Source: an uncultured Clostridium sp. (GTDB taxonomy: Bacteria; Bacillota_I; Bacilli_A; RF39; UBA660). From it: a stretch of 64,000 nt of DNA. The stretch covers positions 6,860 to 70,859 of the forward strand of contig CAMKPE010000003.1 in the NCBI GenBank assembly GCA_946414595.1, written 5' to 3'. The position numbers were made by a program, and so were the translations under genes. The notes under the pieces are model-generated. The model ran no database searches. It was not told the origin of the DNA and saw only the letters and a program-made list of their open reading frames with translations. Positions within the stretch are counted from its first letter, which is position 1. Each line of letters starts with the position of its first letter. Positions 1 through 9,989 of this stretch are shown here, piece after piece.

Positions 1-71
1 TTTGTTAACAAATACTTGTATTATTTTAGTTTTTTTGATAAAATAATGACTAGTGATCGGGGTGAATCGAT

Positions 72-290
72 ATGTTAAAAGTATTATTATTAACAATATG
101 TGTATTATTAATAGCAATAGTATTATTACAAAGTAATAAAGCTGAAGGAGCTTCACAAATAATTTCTGGTGGTAATGCAGATTTATTTAGTCAAAGAAAA
201 GAACGTGGGATCGAATTATTTATAAGTAGATTAACATTTTCTTTAGGAGCTATTTTCTTTATTATTTGTCTAATAATGAATTTAGTATAG
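72..290 (+). CDS. secG: preprotein translocase subunit SecG
   Basis: 72-aa protein with two hydrophobic segments and the LLQSNK..G pattern of SecG; GGGGTGA SD upstream; conserved secG-rnr-smpB-ssrA synteny of Firmicutes. Confidence 0.7.
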   Translation: MLKVLLLTICVLLIAIVLLQSNKAEGASQIISGGNADLFSQRKERGIELFISRLTFSLGAIFFIICLIMNLV

Positions 291-295
291 TAAAC

Positions 296-320
296 AAAAG
301 GACTTTAAGTCCTTTTTTAT
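296..320 (+). terminator. rho-independent terminator after secG
   Basis: AAAAGGAC / GTCCTTTT stem followed by a T-run. Confidence 0.6.
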
Positions 321-369
321 TTTACTTATTAATTTATTATGATATATAATTAAACTAGGATGTGATTTT

Positions 370-2466
370 ATGAAAGATAGAATACTTGAAGCTCTTAATA
401 ATGTTCATAGAGCATTAAACTACGAAGAATTAGATTCTTTATTAAATATAAAGACTATAGAAGAGACTCAAGAAATGGCTAATGCTTTAGAAGAGTTAGA
501 AGATGAAGGAGAAATCTATCATTCTAATAAAGATAAATATATGCTATTTAAAGATAGTAATTTGGTTAAAGGTACTTTAAGAGTTAATAAAAAAGGTTAT
601 GGATTCGTTGAAGTATTAGATGCAGAAGACGTTTTTGTACCAGTTGATGATATTAACAGTGCACTTGATGGTGATATTGTTGTATGTGAAGTAACTGAGA
701 CTAAAGAAGATGGTAGAAGAGAAGGAAGAATTGTTAGAGTTCTTCAAAGAAATTTATCAACAGTAGTTGGGGAAATTTATTTTAAAAAGGGTATTGGTCA
801 TATAATACTTGATGATAAAAAATTAAAACTAGATATAGAAATACCACCTAAGAAGAATATGGGTGCTGTTGATGGACATAAAGTAGTTGTACAAATAGAA
901 AGTATTAAAAAGAATCAATGTATTGGTAAAGTAATAAAGATTCTTGGACATAAGAATGATCCAGGAGTAGATATAATATCTATTGTAGAAAAATATTTAA
1001 TTAAATACGAATTTGATCCTGAAGTAGTAGAACAACTTGATAGCATTCCAGAGGAAATAAGTGAAGAAGATAAAGTTGGAAGAAGAGACTTAACTGGAAT
1101 GACAATATTTACTATTGATGGAGATGATACTAAAGATATTGATGATGCTATATCAGTAGAAAAACTTCCTAATGGTAATTATAAATTAGGAGTACATATT
1201 GCAGATGTATCATATTATGTTAAAGAAGGTAGTCCACTTGATTTGGAAGCAATGGAAAGAGGAACAAGTGTATATCTTGTTGATAGAGTTATTCCTATGC
1301 TTCCACACAAATTATCAAATGGAATATGTTCATTAAATCCAGATGTTGAACGTCTTGCTGTATCATGTGTTATGGAAATAGATAACAGTGGTAGAACAGT
1401 AGATTATGAGATATTTGAAAGTGTAATTAAATCTAGAATTCAAATGACTTATAAGAAAGTTAATAAGATATTAAATCATGAAGAAACACCAGAAGGATAT
1501 GAACCTTATGTTAATGATTTATTATTAATGAAAGAACTTGCTGATATAATTAGAAAAGCAAAGATAGAAAGAGGATATATTGATTTTGAAACTAATGAAG
1601 CTAAGATATTAGTTGATGAAAACTGTGTTCCTTACGAAGTTAAATTAAGAGATAGAGGACCAGGAGAAAACTTAATTGAAGACTTTATGATTCAAGCTAA
1701 CGAATGTGTAGCAACTCATATATTCTATATGGAACTTCCATTTGTATATCGTGTACATGAATATCCAAAAGAAGAGAAGATTAAGAGCTTCTTAACATTC
1801 GTTTCATCTTTAGGGTACAATGTACCATCAAATATAAAGGATTTATCTCCTAAATCAATGCAAAATTTATTACATTTCTTAAAAGATAAGAAAGAATATC
1901 CAGTTTTATCAAGTCAGTTATTAAGAAATATGCAGAAGGCTGTATATCTTCCACAAAATATTGGGCACTATGGACTTGCAAGTAAATGTTATACACACTT
2001 TACTTCACCAATAAGAAGATACCCAGATACAACTGTTCATAGACTTCTTAGAACATATTTGTTTAAAAACCAAATGGATAATGATACAATAAAACATTGG
2101 GAAGAGAAACTAGTATACGTATGTGATCATTCTTCAGAAAGAGAACGTGCTTCAGTTGATTGTGAACGTGAAGTTGAAGATATGAAGATGGCTGAATATA
2201 TGGAAAAACATGTTGGAGAAACATTTGTGGGTATGATTTCAACAGTAACAAACTTCGGTATGTTTGTACAACTTGATAATCTAATTGAAGGTCTTGTACG
2301 TATTAACGAATTAAATGGATTCTATAATTATCAAGAAGAAAGTCAAATGTTAATTGATGAGAAAACACATAACATGTTTAGATTAGGTGATAAAGTAGAA
2401 GTTAAAGTAGTAAGAGCTTCTAAGGAAGAGAAGACAATAGACTTTGAGATAATTAGAAAACTATAG
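370..2466 (+). CDS. rnr: ribonuclease R
   Basis: 698 aa; OB-fold N-terminus, RNB catalytic core (TIDGDDTKDIDDAISVE, HIADVSYYV, RVIPMLP, YTHFTSPIRRYPD) and C-terminal S1 domain. Confidence 0.93.
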   Translation: MKDRILEALNNVHRALNYEELDSLLNIKTIEETQEMANALEELEDEGEIYHSNKDKYMLFKDSNLVKGTLRVNKKGYGFVEVLDAEDVFVPVDDINSALDGDIVVCEVTETKEDGRREGRIVRVLQRNLSTVVGEIYFKKGIGHIILDDKKLKLDIEIPPKKNMGAVDGHKVVVQIESIKKNQCIGKVIKILGHKNDPGVDIISIVEKYLIKYEFDPEVVEQLDSIPEEISEEDKVGRRDLTGMTIFTIDGDDTKDIDDAISVEKLPNGNYKLGVHIADVSYYVKEGSPLDLEAMERGTSVYLVDRVIPMLPHKLSNGICSLNPDVERLAVSCVMEIDNSGRTVDYEIFESVIKSRIQMTYKKVNKILNHEETPEGYEPYVNDLLLMKELADIIRKAKIERGYIDFETNEAKILVDENCVPYEVKLRDRGPGENLIEDFMIQANECVATHIFYMELPFVYRVHEYPKEEKIKSFLTFVSSLGYNVPSNIKDLSPKSMQNLLHFLKDKKEYPVLSSQLLRNMQKAVYLPQNIGHYGLASKCYTHFTSPIRRYPDTTVHRLLRTYLFKNQMDNDTIKHWEEKLVYVCDHSSERERASVDCEREVEDMKMAEYMEKHVGETFVGMISTVTNFGMFVQLDNLIEGLVRINELNGFYNYQEESQMLIDEKTHNMFRLGDKVEVKVVRASKEEKTIDFEIIRKL

Positions 2467-2475
2467 GGGGAACTT

Positions 2476-2910
2476 ATGGAAATAGTAAATAGAAAGGCAA
2501 GACATGACTATTTCATAGAAGAAGAGTATGAATGTGGTATTGTACTAACTGGAACTGAGATTAAATCAATAAGAGAAGGTAGTTGCAATATTGCAGATAG
2601 TTATGGTCATATTAAAAAAGGAGAGTTATTCGTTCTTAATATGTTTATTGGTGCTTATAAAGAAGGAAATATCTTTAATCATCAAGAAACAAGAACAAGA
2701 AAACTCTTAATGCATAAGAAAGAAATACTTAAAATATCAAATAAGGTGGATTTAGATGGATATACTCTTATCCCACTAAAAGTGTATTTTAAAAACAATA
2801 AAGCGAAGCTATTGCTAGGTCTTTGTAAAGGTAAAAAGAATTTTGATAAAAGAGAAACTATTAAGCAAAGAGATATTGAAAGAGAGTTAAATAAGAAATA
2901 TAATAAATAA
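2476..2910 (+). CDS. smpB: SsrA-binding protein SmpB
   Basis: 144 aa with NRKARHDY, GTEIKSIR and RTRKLLMHKKEI motifs; next to tmRNA gene. Confidence 0.95.
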   Translation: MEIVNRKARHDYFIEEEYECGIVLTGTEIKSIREGSCNIADSYGHIKKGELFVLNMFIGAYKEGNIFNHQETRTRKLLMHKKEILKISNKVDLDGYTLIPLKVYFKNNKAKLLLGLCKGKKNFDKRETIKQRDIERELNKKYNK

Positions 2911-2942
2911 TAGAATTATATATCTAGAAATGAGGTGATAAA

Positions 2943-3401
2943 ATGAAAAAAAGATTTTTATTATTATTTGTAGCTGTAGTTGCATTATTCACAGCATGTG
3001 GAGGATCAAGATCTGCTGAAGGATTGATTGAAAAATATGTACAAGGATTTAATGATGCTGACGCAAGTAAAATAAGAGATACATATCCAGATTTTTATGT
3101 TAAGTTTTATGATGATCAAATTACAGATTCAACATTAGAAACTATGCGCAAAGGCTATAAAGAAACATATGGTGATGATGTTAAAATAACTTATAAGATT
3201 GAAAGTAAAGAAAAAGTTTCAGACGAAGAACTTGCACATGCTAATTCAACTTTAAAATCAAAATACAATACTAACGAAGAAGCAAGCGAATGTTATTCAT
3301 TAAAAGTAGTGCTAACTTATTCAGGATCTAAGAAAACAGAGGATACTAAATGGTCTCTTGGATACTGTAAATATGGTGGTACTTGGTATTTAATTGATTA
3401 A
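2943..3401 (+). CDS. lipoprotein, unknown function
   Basis: Signal peptide with lipobox LFTAC-GG; GAGGTGA SD; no other motif recognised. Confidence 0.65.
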   Translation: MKKRFLLLFVAVVALFTACGGSRSAEGLIEKYVQGFNDADASKIRDTYPDFYVKFYDDQITDSTLETMRKGYKETYGDDVKITYKIESKEKVSDEELAHANSTLKSKYNTNEEASECYSLKVVLTYSGSKKTEDTKWSLGYCKYGGTWYLID

Positions 3402-3404
3402 TAT

Positions 3405-3434
3405 AAAACAACATCATTTGATGTTGTTTTCTTA
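3405..3434 (+). terminator. rho-independent terminator
   Basis: AAAACAACATCA / TGATGTTGTTTT inverted repeat followed by T-rich tract. Confidence 0.65.
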
Positions 3435-3440
3435 TTATAA

Positions 3441-3469
3441 TTGAATATTTTAGCAAAATGTGTTATAAT
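3441..3469 (+). promoter_or_regulatory. sigma-A type promoter of ssrA (extended -10)
   Basis: TTGAAT (3441-3446), 17-nt spacer, TGT-TATAAT (3461-3469); the predicted start falls at the mature tmRNA 5' G at 3478. Confidence 0.6.
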
Positions 3470-3477
3470 CTCTTCAC

Positions 3478-3855
3478 GGGGCCGACTAGGTTTCGACGGG
3501 ATTAACTGAGTATGGATGGCAAGTCGAGGCACACGTAAATGCATCAGTTTAATAACTGGAAACAAAATTAAAAATGCATTCGCTGCACTTTTCAATAGAA
3601 ATGCTGTAGCTTTTGCCTAGTAAATACTAGAGCAAGTGCGCTTCTTTAATTCCTTTTCCTACGGGGAATTTAAGAGGCTTATTTAGTAGGATATATTGCT
3701 GTGATGTCTATAAGCAGTAATGAATTTTATAGGCTTGCTAAATGTTAATTTGTTAATTAGTTGTTCATTTAGTGAAATATTGTAATTAACTAAACTTGTA
3801 GAGGTCTATATGTGGTTTTTTTCGGACGGGAGTTCAATTCTCCCCGGCTCCACCA
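3478..3855 (+). ncRNA. ssrA: tmRNA (SsrA)
   Basis: Begins GGGGCCGACTAGGTTTCGACGGG. Ends with a tRNA-like T-arm and acceptor, GGACGGGAGTTCAATTCTCCCCGGCTCCACCA. Internal tag frame is GGA AAC AAA ... GCT TTT GCC TAG TAA (3558-3623). Confidence 0.92.
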
Positions 3856-3864
3856 ATAGAAAAT

Positions 3865-3896
3865 AAAGCAAACTTATAATAGGTTTGCTTTTTATT
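3865..3896 (+). terminator. rho-independent terminator after ssrA
   Basis: AAAGCAAAC / GTTTGCTTT stem followed by T-run. Confidence 0.65.
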
Positions 3897-3980
3897 TACA
3901 CATTTATAAACAATAAATCATTGATAATTATGTAATTCTTGATAATTCGCATTATAATTATTTTATGATGAGGTGATTTT

Positions 3981-4907
3981 ATGGGTAGAATGTATGGAGT
4001 TCTTAATTGGTATAAAGAGAACCCATCAAATAATCCAAATATCTATGAGTTAATGGAAGTAATGTGTGAGGCAGCAAGAAATGATGAATTAGACCCTGAA
4101 ACATTAAAAGAATTAACTGAATTAGAAATAAAAAGATTAATTGATAACGGAATAGTCAAATCTGAAGAAGATAAATTAGTTGCACTAATTAGAGAAGTTG
4201 AAGAGAGAGTATTAGGTGGAGAAGTATTATCTGATGATGAAGAGTTATTAACTAAAATGACTGCTGGTGTAGCATTCCATATTAAAAGAAGTGAAGCTGA
4301 AACTGGTAAAACATATACTTACGATAATTCAGATGAATACTATAGAATTTTAAATGCTAGAAAGAAAGTAATTGAAGAAAAAGGAATACTTAGTGAAGCA
4401 ATGCAAAATAACCTTTCATTTATAGATTCTCGTTATGCACTTTTTAGAAAGCATCTTCCAGAAGGATTTGGAATGCAAGATGAAAGAAGAGCAAAAATGG
4501 AAGCAGAGAAAGATGTAACTATTAAAATGATGGAAGCACAACTTAAACCATTTGTTTATCCAGAAAGGCTTCAAGAATTGTTAAAATACTATAAACAGAA
4601 TTCAGTATTAATGCCTGCAGAACTTATTATTATGACAATCATTGATTTAAGTCTTGGTGAAAAGTTTGATTCTGTTTTAGAAAAAATAGATTCACAAAAA
4701 CTTGCTGATACATCTAGATTCTATGTTTTAAACTGTATTATGCGTTATGCTAAAAATGGACCAGATTTTTGGTTATTTGAGAAAAGAAAAAGTGGTCAAA
4801 AAATTGACTCTAGTGATTTAGCAACAGTTGCATTAATGAATGATTCAAATGCAAGACTTGATGAGAAATATAAAAAACAAGAAGAAGAACAAAAACCTCA
4901 ATTCTAG
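3981..4907 (+). CDS. hypothetical protein
   Basis: 308-aa ORF with GAGGTGA SD; no motif recognised. Confidence 0.6.
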   Translation: MGRMYGVLNWYKENPSNNPNIYELMEVMCEAARNDELDPETLKELTELEIKRLIDNGIVKSEEDKLVALIREVEERVLGGEVLSDDEELLTKMTAGVAFHIKRSEAETGKTYTYDNSDEYYRILNARKKVIEEKGILSEAMQNNLSFIDSRYALFRKHLPEGFGMQDERRAKMEAEKDVTIKMMEAQLKPFVYPERLQELLKYYKQNSVLMPAELIIMTIIDLSLGEKFDSVLEKIDSQKLADTSRFYVLNCIMRYAKNGPDFWLFEKRKSGQKIDSSDLATVALMNDSNARLDEKYKKQEEEQKPQF

Positions 4908-4912
4908 GAAAT

Positions 4913-4940
4913 AAAAAAGAACCAAATTGGTTCTTTTTTT
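4913..4940. terminator. bidirectional terminator between convergent genes
   Basis: AAAAGAACCAA / TTGGTTCTTTT inverted repeat flanked by A-run and T-run. Confidence 0.55.
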
Positions 4941-6258
4941 ATAATTTTTTAATTAACATTTGAGTACTTAACTTTTCTATTTCTCTTTCAAAAGTTGAAG
5001 TAGAAACGTTAGGTCCAGTTATTATTCTTCTTACATTATTTTCAAAACTATTTGTTGATGTATGATAGTGTTTTTCAATTCTATCATCTGTTTTCTTAGC
5101 TTTAATAATTTCAGTTTTTGGATTTCTAATTAATGATAATCTATCAGATGGAAGAGCAAAGAATGCTTCGGGTTCAATTAATAAATTTTTAACTCCATAT
5201 TTATCTGTTTTATATAATTGATCAAGAAGGATATATTCATTTCTATATTTTAATCCTATATAACCATCAAGACCTAATTCTCCTCTTATAAATGTATCAA
5301 AACCACTATTAGAGTAACAATTAATTTTTCTGTTTAACAAATCTTCATATTTTTCGTAATCTATTTCAGTTTGTCTTGCAGCTCTTTGCCTTTGTGATGT
5401 TTCTCTTGCATATCTTACAAATTCTCCTGGTTGAAGTATTTCACAACCCATAATGATTTCGTTGTATTCAAGTCTATAATCAATATCTGATATAACTTTT
5501 TTACCAATTAATTTTTCGTATTCCTCTGCAAATTGATCAAACCAACGTTTTCCTCTACCACTAAGCCATATCTTGTGAGGCCAACTTGAATTTTGAGCAT
5601 TGTTTCTACTGAAGTTATTATAGACTTCATGGTAATATTCATATGGTATAACAGCATATTTCTCATCACCCGTTGATGCATATCTAAGTAAACTTTTATA
5701 TGATAAGTAGAAAAGCATGTCTTTTGGTCTAACACCTTTATTGATAAACGAATCAAGAGGTGTTTTATACATATCAACTAAAATATCTATGTTCTTATCT
5801 AACTCCATTAAAACGCGTATTTTTTCTTCATCTGTAATATCTTTACGTAATAAATGTTCATGGATATTATTTCTTACTAAATTTTTAAAGAATTCAACAT
5901 TTCCAGGTTTATCTAAATTAATGAATCCTATTTCTTTTTCAACTCCATATAAGTTTAAAACTGAGTTAACAAAGTGGATCGGATTAAATCTAAAATCATA
6001 ACCATCAGAATGTGGAGTATAGCAGAATGTACTATAATATTGCAATAAAATATTTTTCTTTCCTTCGCTTACACTTGGTAAAAATAATTGTATTGCTTTA
6101 TCAAAATATGTAGTTATTTGTGATTCAACTTCCATAGGATTATTAAATAATGTTGGATAACTAACTTTATCCACCGGTAATATAATTTTAATTGGATTTA
6201 CAAAGTTGTATATTTCTTCGTTTGGAATATCTCCATTATATACATGTTTGCTTTTCAT
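4939..6258 (-). CDS. hypothetical protein
   Basis: 439-aa ORF; AGGGGG SD on minus strand; no motif recognised. Confidence 0.6.
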   Translation of the reverse strand: MKSKHVYNGDIPNEEIYNFVNPIKIILPVDKVSYPTLFNNPMEVESQITTYFDKAIQLFLPSVSEGKKNILLQYYSTFCYTPHSDGYDFRFNPIHFVNSVLNLYGVEKEIGFINLDKPGNVEFFKNLVRNNIHEHLLRKDITDEEKIRVLMELDKNIDILVDMYKTPLDSFINKGVRPKDMLFYLSYKSLLRYASTGDEKYAVIPYEYYHEVYNNFSRNNAQNSSWPHKIWLSGRGKRWFDQFAEEYEKLIGKKVISDIDYRLEYNEIIMGCEILQPGEFVRYARETSQRQRAARQTEIDYEKYEDLLNRKINCYSNSGFDTFIRGELGLDGYIGLKYRNEYILLDQLYKTDKYGVKNLLIEPEAFFALPSDRLSLIRNPKTEIIKAKKTDDRIEKHYHTSTNSFENNVRRIITGPNVSTSTFEREIEKLSTQMLIKKL

Positions 6259-6333
6259 AATAACCCCCTAAAACGATTACATATTATACCATATAATGCT
6301 TATTTTTTCAACTAAAAAGACGATTGCTCGTCT

Positions 6334-6789
6334 TTATTTATATAATGATTCGAAATAATTAACTAAAGCTTTATGACCTTCATCATAGTTTTTTGGATAT
6401 AACATATATCCTTGTGCTTCAGTTTTCTTACCATCTTTATATTCAATTTTTAAAGTAAATCCATAACCATCATATACATCTTGATCATATTCATCAAATC
6501 CATCCCAGTTATAGATTTCATTATCTTTAATTATTTTTTCAAGTTCAGTAATTTTATCTTTTTCAATTTCTTTGTTAATGTCTAAATCTACTCCGTTACC
6601 ACCAGTTGCATAGAATGTAATAGCATCCTCATTAACTGTAATGTTATAGCTATAATAACCACCGTGGTATGATCCATAGTCATAACTAATCTTTGTTATA
6701 CCACTTGTATTTTCTTCTTTACCACCACATCCAGTTAATACTAGAAATGATCCAATTAATAATAAAAATAATAATGTTTTCTTTTTCAT
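6334..6789 (-). CDS. lipoprotein, unknown function
   Basis: Signal peptide with lipobox LTGC-GG; AAGGAG SD; 9 nt downstream of the preceding minus-strand gene. Confidence 0.65.
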   Translation of the reverse strand: MKKKTLLFLLLIGSFLVLTGCGGKEENTSGITKISYDYGSYHGGYYSYNITVNEDAITFYATGGNGVDLDINKEIEKDKITELEKIIKDNEIYNWDGFDEYDQDVYDGYGFTLKIEYKDGKKTEAQGYMLYPKNYDEGHKALVNYFESLYK

Positions 6790-6798
6790 AAATCTCCT

Positions 6799-7281
6799 TT
6801 ATACTGCTTGTCTAAATTCTTTTTTAGGTCCTTTTGTACTTCTTGAACATGTTTTATGTGTAGCATCTTTTTGAACTAGTTTTTCTATGTCTCCAACGAC
6901 TTCAGCTTGTTTTAAATCTTCAGTTGCAAAATCAATCATTTTTAGTGCATTTGGATTACTCATTATTTGAGCAATTCCTGCATATTTTTCTATTCTTTCT
7001 AAGTTAGAACCATCTGCTACATCAAAACTTTCACCTTCTTTTGGTGCATATACAGTAACATTATTAACACCAATTGCATGGTAATTAGTAATAATAAAAT
7101 TTAATACTACAGCACCAGTTTCAGGTGTACCATAATGAACATTAAACTTATGACCTTTTCTTGGGTCTTCATCAAATACTTCTTCAATACCAAATTCTTG
7201 GTTTGATGATAGAGTAATTTCTTTTCCTAAATATTGCACTGCTGTTCTATAAAATTTTTTAACTATATCTTCAAATTTCAT
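6799..7281 (-). CDS. hypothetical protein
   Basis: 160-aa ORF; AAGGAGA SD; likely co-transcribed with 6334-6789. Confidence 0.55.
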   Translation of the reverse strand: MKFEDIVKKFYRTAVQYLGKEITLSSNQEFGIEEVFDEDPRKGHKFNVHYGTPETGAVVLNFIITNYHAIGVNNVTVYAPKEGESFDVADGSNLERIEKYAGIAQIMSNPNALKMIDFATEDLKQAEVVGDIEKLVQKDATHKTCSRSTKGPKKEFRQAV

Positions 7282-7395
7282 ATTTGCTCTCCTTATGATT
7301 ATTAATATTCTAATATAATTATAACATATTTGTATTCTTATAGTTGAATAACTATTTTTTTTGTTTTAAAATTAAATTATAAGTAGAGGTTTCAT

Positions 7396-8910
7396 ATGAT
7401 TGGTGAAAGAAGTTTTATTGAAAAATTTACTGATGAAATGATTTCAAAATACGGCTTATCGGAAAAAGACAGAGACATGATTGTTAGATTAGTTAATGTA
7501 GCTATCGAAGAGAAGTTATATACTGACACTCATGATTATAATCATGACTTAAAACATGTCGAAAGAGTTTTAATATACGTTAAAATGATTATCAATAAGA
7601 TGGATAATCCTAATATAAATGAAGAATTATTGATGCTTGCAGCACTTTATCACGATGTTGGTAAAACTCATGGAGCATCAGGTAGCGAACATGGTATTGT
7701 TGGAGCATCATATTTTAAAAAAATTATGCAAGATAAGATGGATCCAAAGGATATTAATACCATTTGTTTACTTATTTATCAGCATGCTGATGAATCAGAT
7801 ACAATTAGTTTTGAAGATTCAGAATATACAATTGAAGAAAAGAAATCTATTCAGCTTATGTCTGATATATTAAAAGATGCAGATGCTCTTGATAGAAATA
7901 GACTCAATTATCCACTTCCAATTGGGGGATGTGATCCAGAAAAGCTAAGAACTAAAGAAGCAAAAGAAATACTACCTATAACTGATGAGTTATATGAAGA
8001 ATATAATAGATTAATAATAAAGACAGTAGAAGATGAAACCCATAAAAGAGTTCTTGATAACTACGAAACATTAGATGAATGGATCAGTGAATATGAAGAT
8101 GGAAAAGAAGAAATGTTTCATGCTTCATTAAATCCTGGAATTAACAGATTAATTCCTCAACAAAGTACTCAAAAAGGATCTTATGTGTATGCAGGGCAAA
8201 GCCCAGTAGAATGTGTATCTATGGCATCTTTTAGATTAAGTGCATTATTCCCAAGAAATGGTGGATTTAAACCAAGTATTACTGAGATTTATCCAGAAAG
8301 CATTGAGAAAGCACTTAAATCTAAATTTATAACTATTTATAAACTGCCAAAAGATAAGTTTCATAAATATACTGATCCAGTAACTGGAGCTCCTAAAGGA
8401 GAATGGGTATCAGATGAAGAAGTACAACCTGTTGAAATGATTTCCTTTAAAGCATTGAGTTTAATCAAATTTTTAAAATCAACTGGTCAGATAGAAGTTA
8501 AACAAAATTATGATAAAGAAAAACAATTAGAATGCTTAATAAATGGATTTAGATCATACATATGGGCGTTAAAAGAATTAAAAGATAATCCAAGAGTATT
8601 AGATCAAAAGTATGAAATGCTTAAGGAACTTGCAGAATTCTATTCTGATAGAGAAGATATTGGAACTATAATGGATGGTGTTAGAAAAGAAGTTGATTCG
8701 ATTATCCTGAGTGAAAAAGAAAAAACTTTAGAAACAACTGGAAGTGAACCTAATTACGATAATGAAAAACAGTTCTTAGAACCAGTACTTAATAAATTCT
8801 ATTCACTAATTTATAGAAATGGTGAAAATGGGAAAAGTATATTCAATATGGAATTCATTGAATCTTTATCTAAGAAAAAAGATCCTGAAAATGATGAAAA
8901 AAATAAATAA
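7396..8910 (+). CDS. HD-domain protein with large uncharacterised C-terminal region
   Basis: N-terminal HD phosphohydrolase motifs (HDLKHVERV, AALYHDVGK, DADALDR); the remaining ~310 aa have no recognisable motif. Confidence 0.65.
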   Translation: MIGERSFIEKFTDEMISKYGLSEKDRDMIVRLVNVAIEEKLYTDTHDYNHDLKHVERVLIYVKMIINKMDNPNINEELLMLAALYHDVGKTHGASGSEHGIVGASYFKKIMQDKMDPKDINTICLLIYQHADESDTISFEDSEYTIEEKKSIQLMSDILKDADALDRNRLNYPLPIGGCDPEKLRTKEAKEILPITDELYEEYNRLIIKTVEDETHKRVLDNYETLDEWISEYEDGKEEMFHASLNPGINRLIPQQSTQKGSYVYAGQSPVECVSMASFRLSALFPRNGGFKPSITEIYPESIEKALKSKFITIYKLPKDKFHKYTDPVTGAPKGEWVSDEEVQPVEMISFKALSLIKFLKSTGQIEVKQNYDKEKQLECLINGFRSYIWALKELKDNPRVLDQKYEMLKELAEFYSDREDIGTIMDGVRKEVDSIILSEKEKTLETTGSEPNYDNEKQFLEPVLNKFYSLIYRNGENGKSIFNMEFIESLSKKKDPENDEKNK

Positions 8911-8939
8911 GAAATGTATATTGATACATTTCTTTTTTT
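8910..8939 (+). terminator. rho-independent terminator
   Basis: Perfect 10-bp stem AGAAATGTAT / ATACATTTCT, loop ATTG, then T6. Confidence 0.75.
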
Positions 8940-8997
8940 ATTGATATTTAAAGGTTCTTATGGTAGTATACAAAGCCAAGAGGGAGGCTTGGTTTTT

Positions 8998-9984
8998 ATG
9001 ATGAAAAAAGTAATAAGTGAGGATGAATTTCATTCTTATATGAATGGTATTACTGTAAATTCAAAAGATAGAAGTTGTGATTATTTTACTAAATGTCATA
9101 TGTATTTAAGTGATAAATATGTTGATTATTATGGCCATTTAGTTAATGCTGGAGATGAATATATTAAAGTAATTTTAAATCTTTCTAGATTTTCTCCAAA
9201 ATTACCACCAAAAATTGAAGAATTTATTGAATCAAGATATTTATCTGATGTCTTTATGAATAATATAGTTCATATGTTAGAACGTGTTGATGAGTATTCT
9301 AGCTTAGTAAAAATAGTAAAAAATAAAAGTTTTGATTCTTTAGATTCAACAGAATTATCAGTATTATATGCAGGTATAAGAGAATTTAAAGAACGTTTCC
9401 CGGATGTAGAAAAAGAAGAAGAAAATATAGCAGTGTCTCATTTAAAACAATATTTATTTCATTTAAATAGTGAAGGCGCTATTGAATTTATGAAAAATAC
9501 AAATAGTGATTATGAACTTGGAAAATTAATGATTGAAAATAGCGGTATGTCTTCAAGAATAATATCTTATGTTGGAGCGAAAATGAGTTTAGATACTTTA
9601 AATGAAGAACATTTATTTTCGATATATAAGAAAATGGTAAATTATAAACCTTTAGGTGCTGAAGAGTTTATTAAACTTATTGATAAAATAGAAACTTTAA
9701 GTGCTATTGAATTTGTTAGAAATTATGATGGATTTATTAGAAATGGTTTTTCTTGTAAAGAGCTACCTATTTTAGTTGGAGACGTTACAATAAGAAGCGT
9801 TAATCCATCAGCATTATCAGCTTTTGTTTCTAATACTATATCAAGACTTCAAAAGAAAGATTCTGAAGAAAGAGCTTCTGAAAGAGATATGGATAAAAAG
9901 ATTAGAGAAGGATTTAAATCTAAAGTAGAAGAGTATAAGAAAACAACTAAAAATGGTTTAAAGAAAGAAATAAAAAAAGTATAG
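8998..9984 (+). CDS. hypothetical protein
   Basis: ORF track starts at 8914, inside the upstream terminator. ATG at 8998 follows an AGGGAGG SD, so the start is moved there. No motif recognised. Confidence 0.55.
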   Translation: MMKKVISEDEFHSYMNGITVNSKDRSCDYFTKCHMYLSDKYVDYYGHLVNAGDEYIKVILNLSRFSPKLPPKIEEFIESRYLSDVFMNNIVHMLERVDEYSSLVKIVKNKSFDSLDSTELSVLYAGIREFKERFPDVEKEEENIAVSHLKQYLFHLNSEGAIEFMKNTNSDYELGKLMIENSGMSSRIISYVGAKMSLDTLNEEHLFSIYKKMVNYKPLGAEEFIKLIDKIETLSAIEFVRNYDGFIRNGFSCKELPILVGDVTIRSVNPSALSAFVSNTISRLQKKDSEERASERDMDKKIREGFKSKVEEYKKTTKNGLKKEIKKV

Positions 9985-9989
9985 ATTAT

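Noticed and set aside
3398-3595. 65-aa minus-strand ORF
   Set aside because: It lies antisense across the terminator, promoter and 5' third of the tmRNA gene. It has no SD and is an artefact of the structured RNA region.
3856-3980. Prophage or integrative element inserted at ssrA
   Set aside because: No integrase, excisionase or phage genes follow the tmRNA. By eye I found no duplicated tmRNA 3' end in the window. It is kept only as a low-confidence island hypothesis.
8914-8997. N-terminal extensions of track ORFs, e.g. 8914, 10780, 11922, 13116, 29127, 29954, 31433, 37586, 38757, 41830, 45132, 49647, 52757, 63216
   Set aside because: The upstream portions run through terminators, promoters or the neighbouring divergent gene and begin at non-ATG or SD-less codons. 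Internal ATGs with good SDs give N-termini that match family expectations, for example MxDGWTG in all paralogs.
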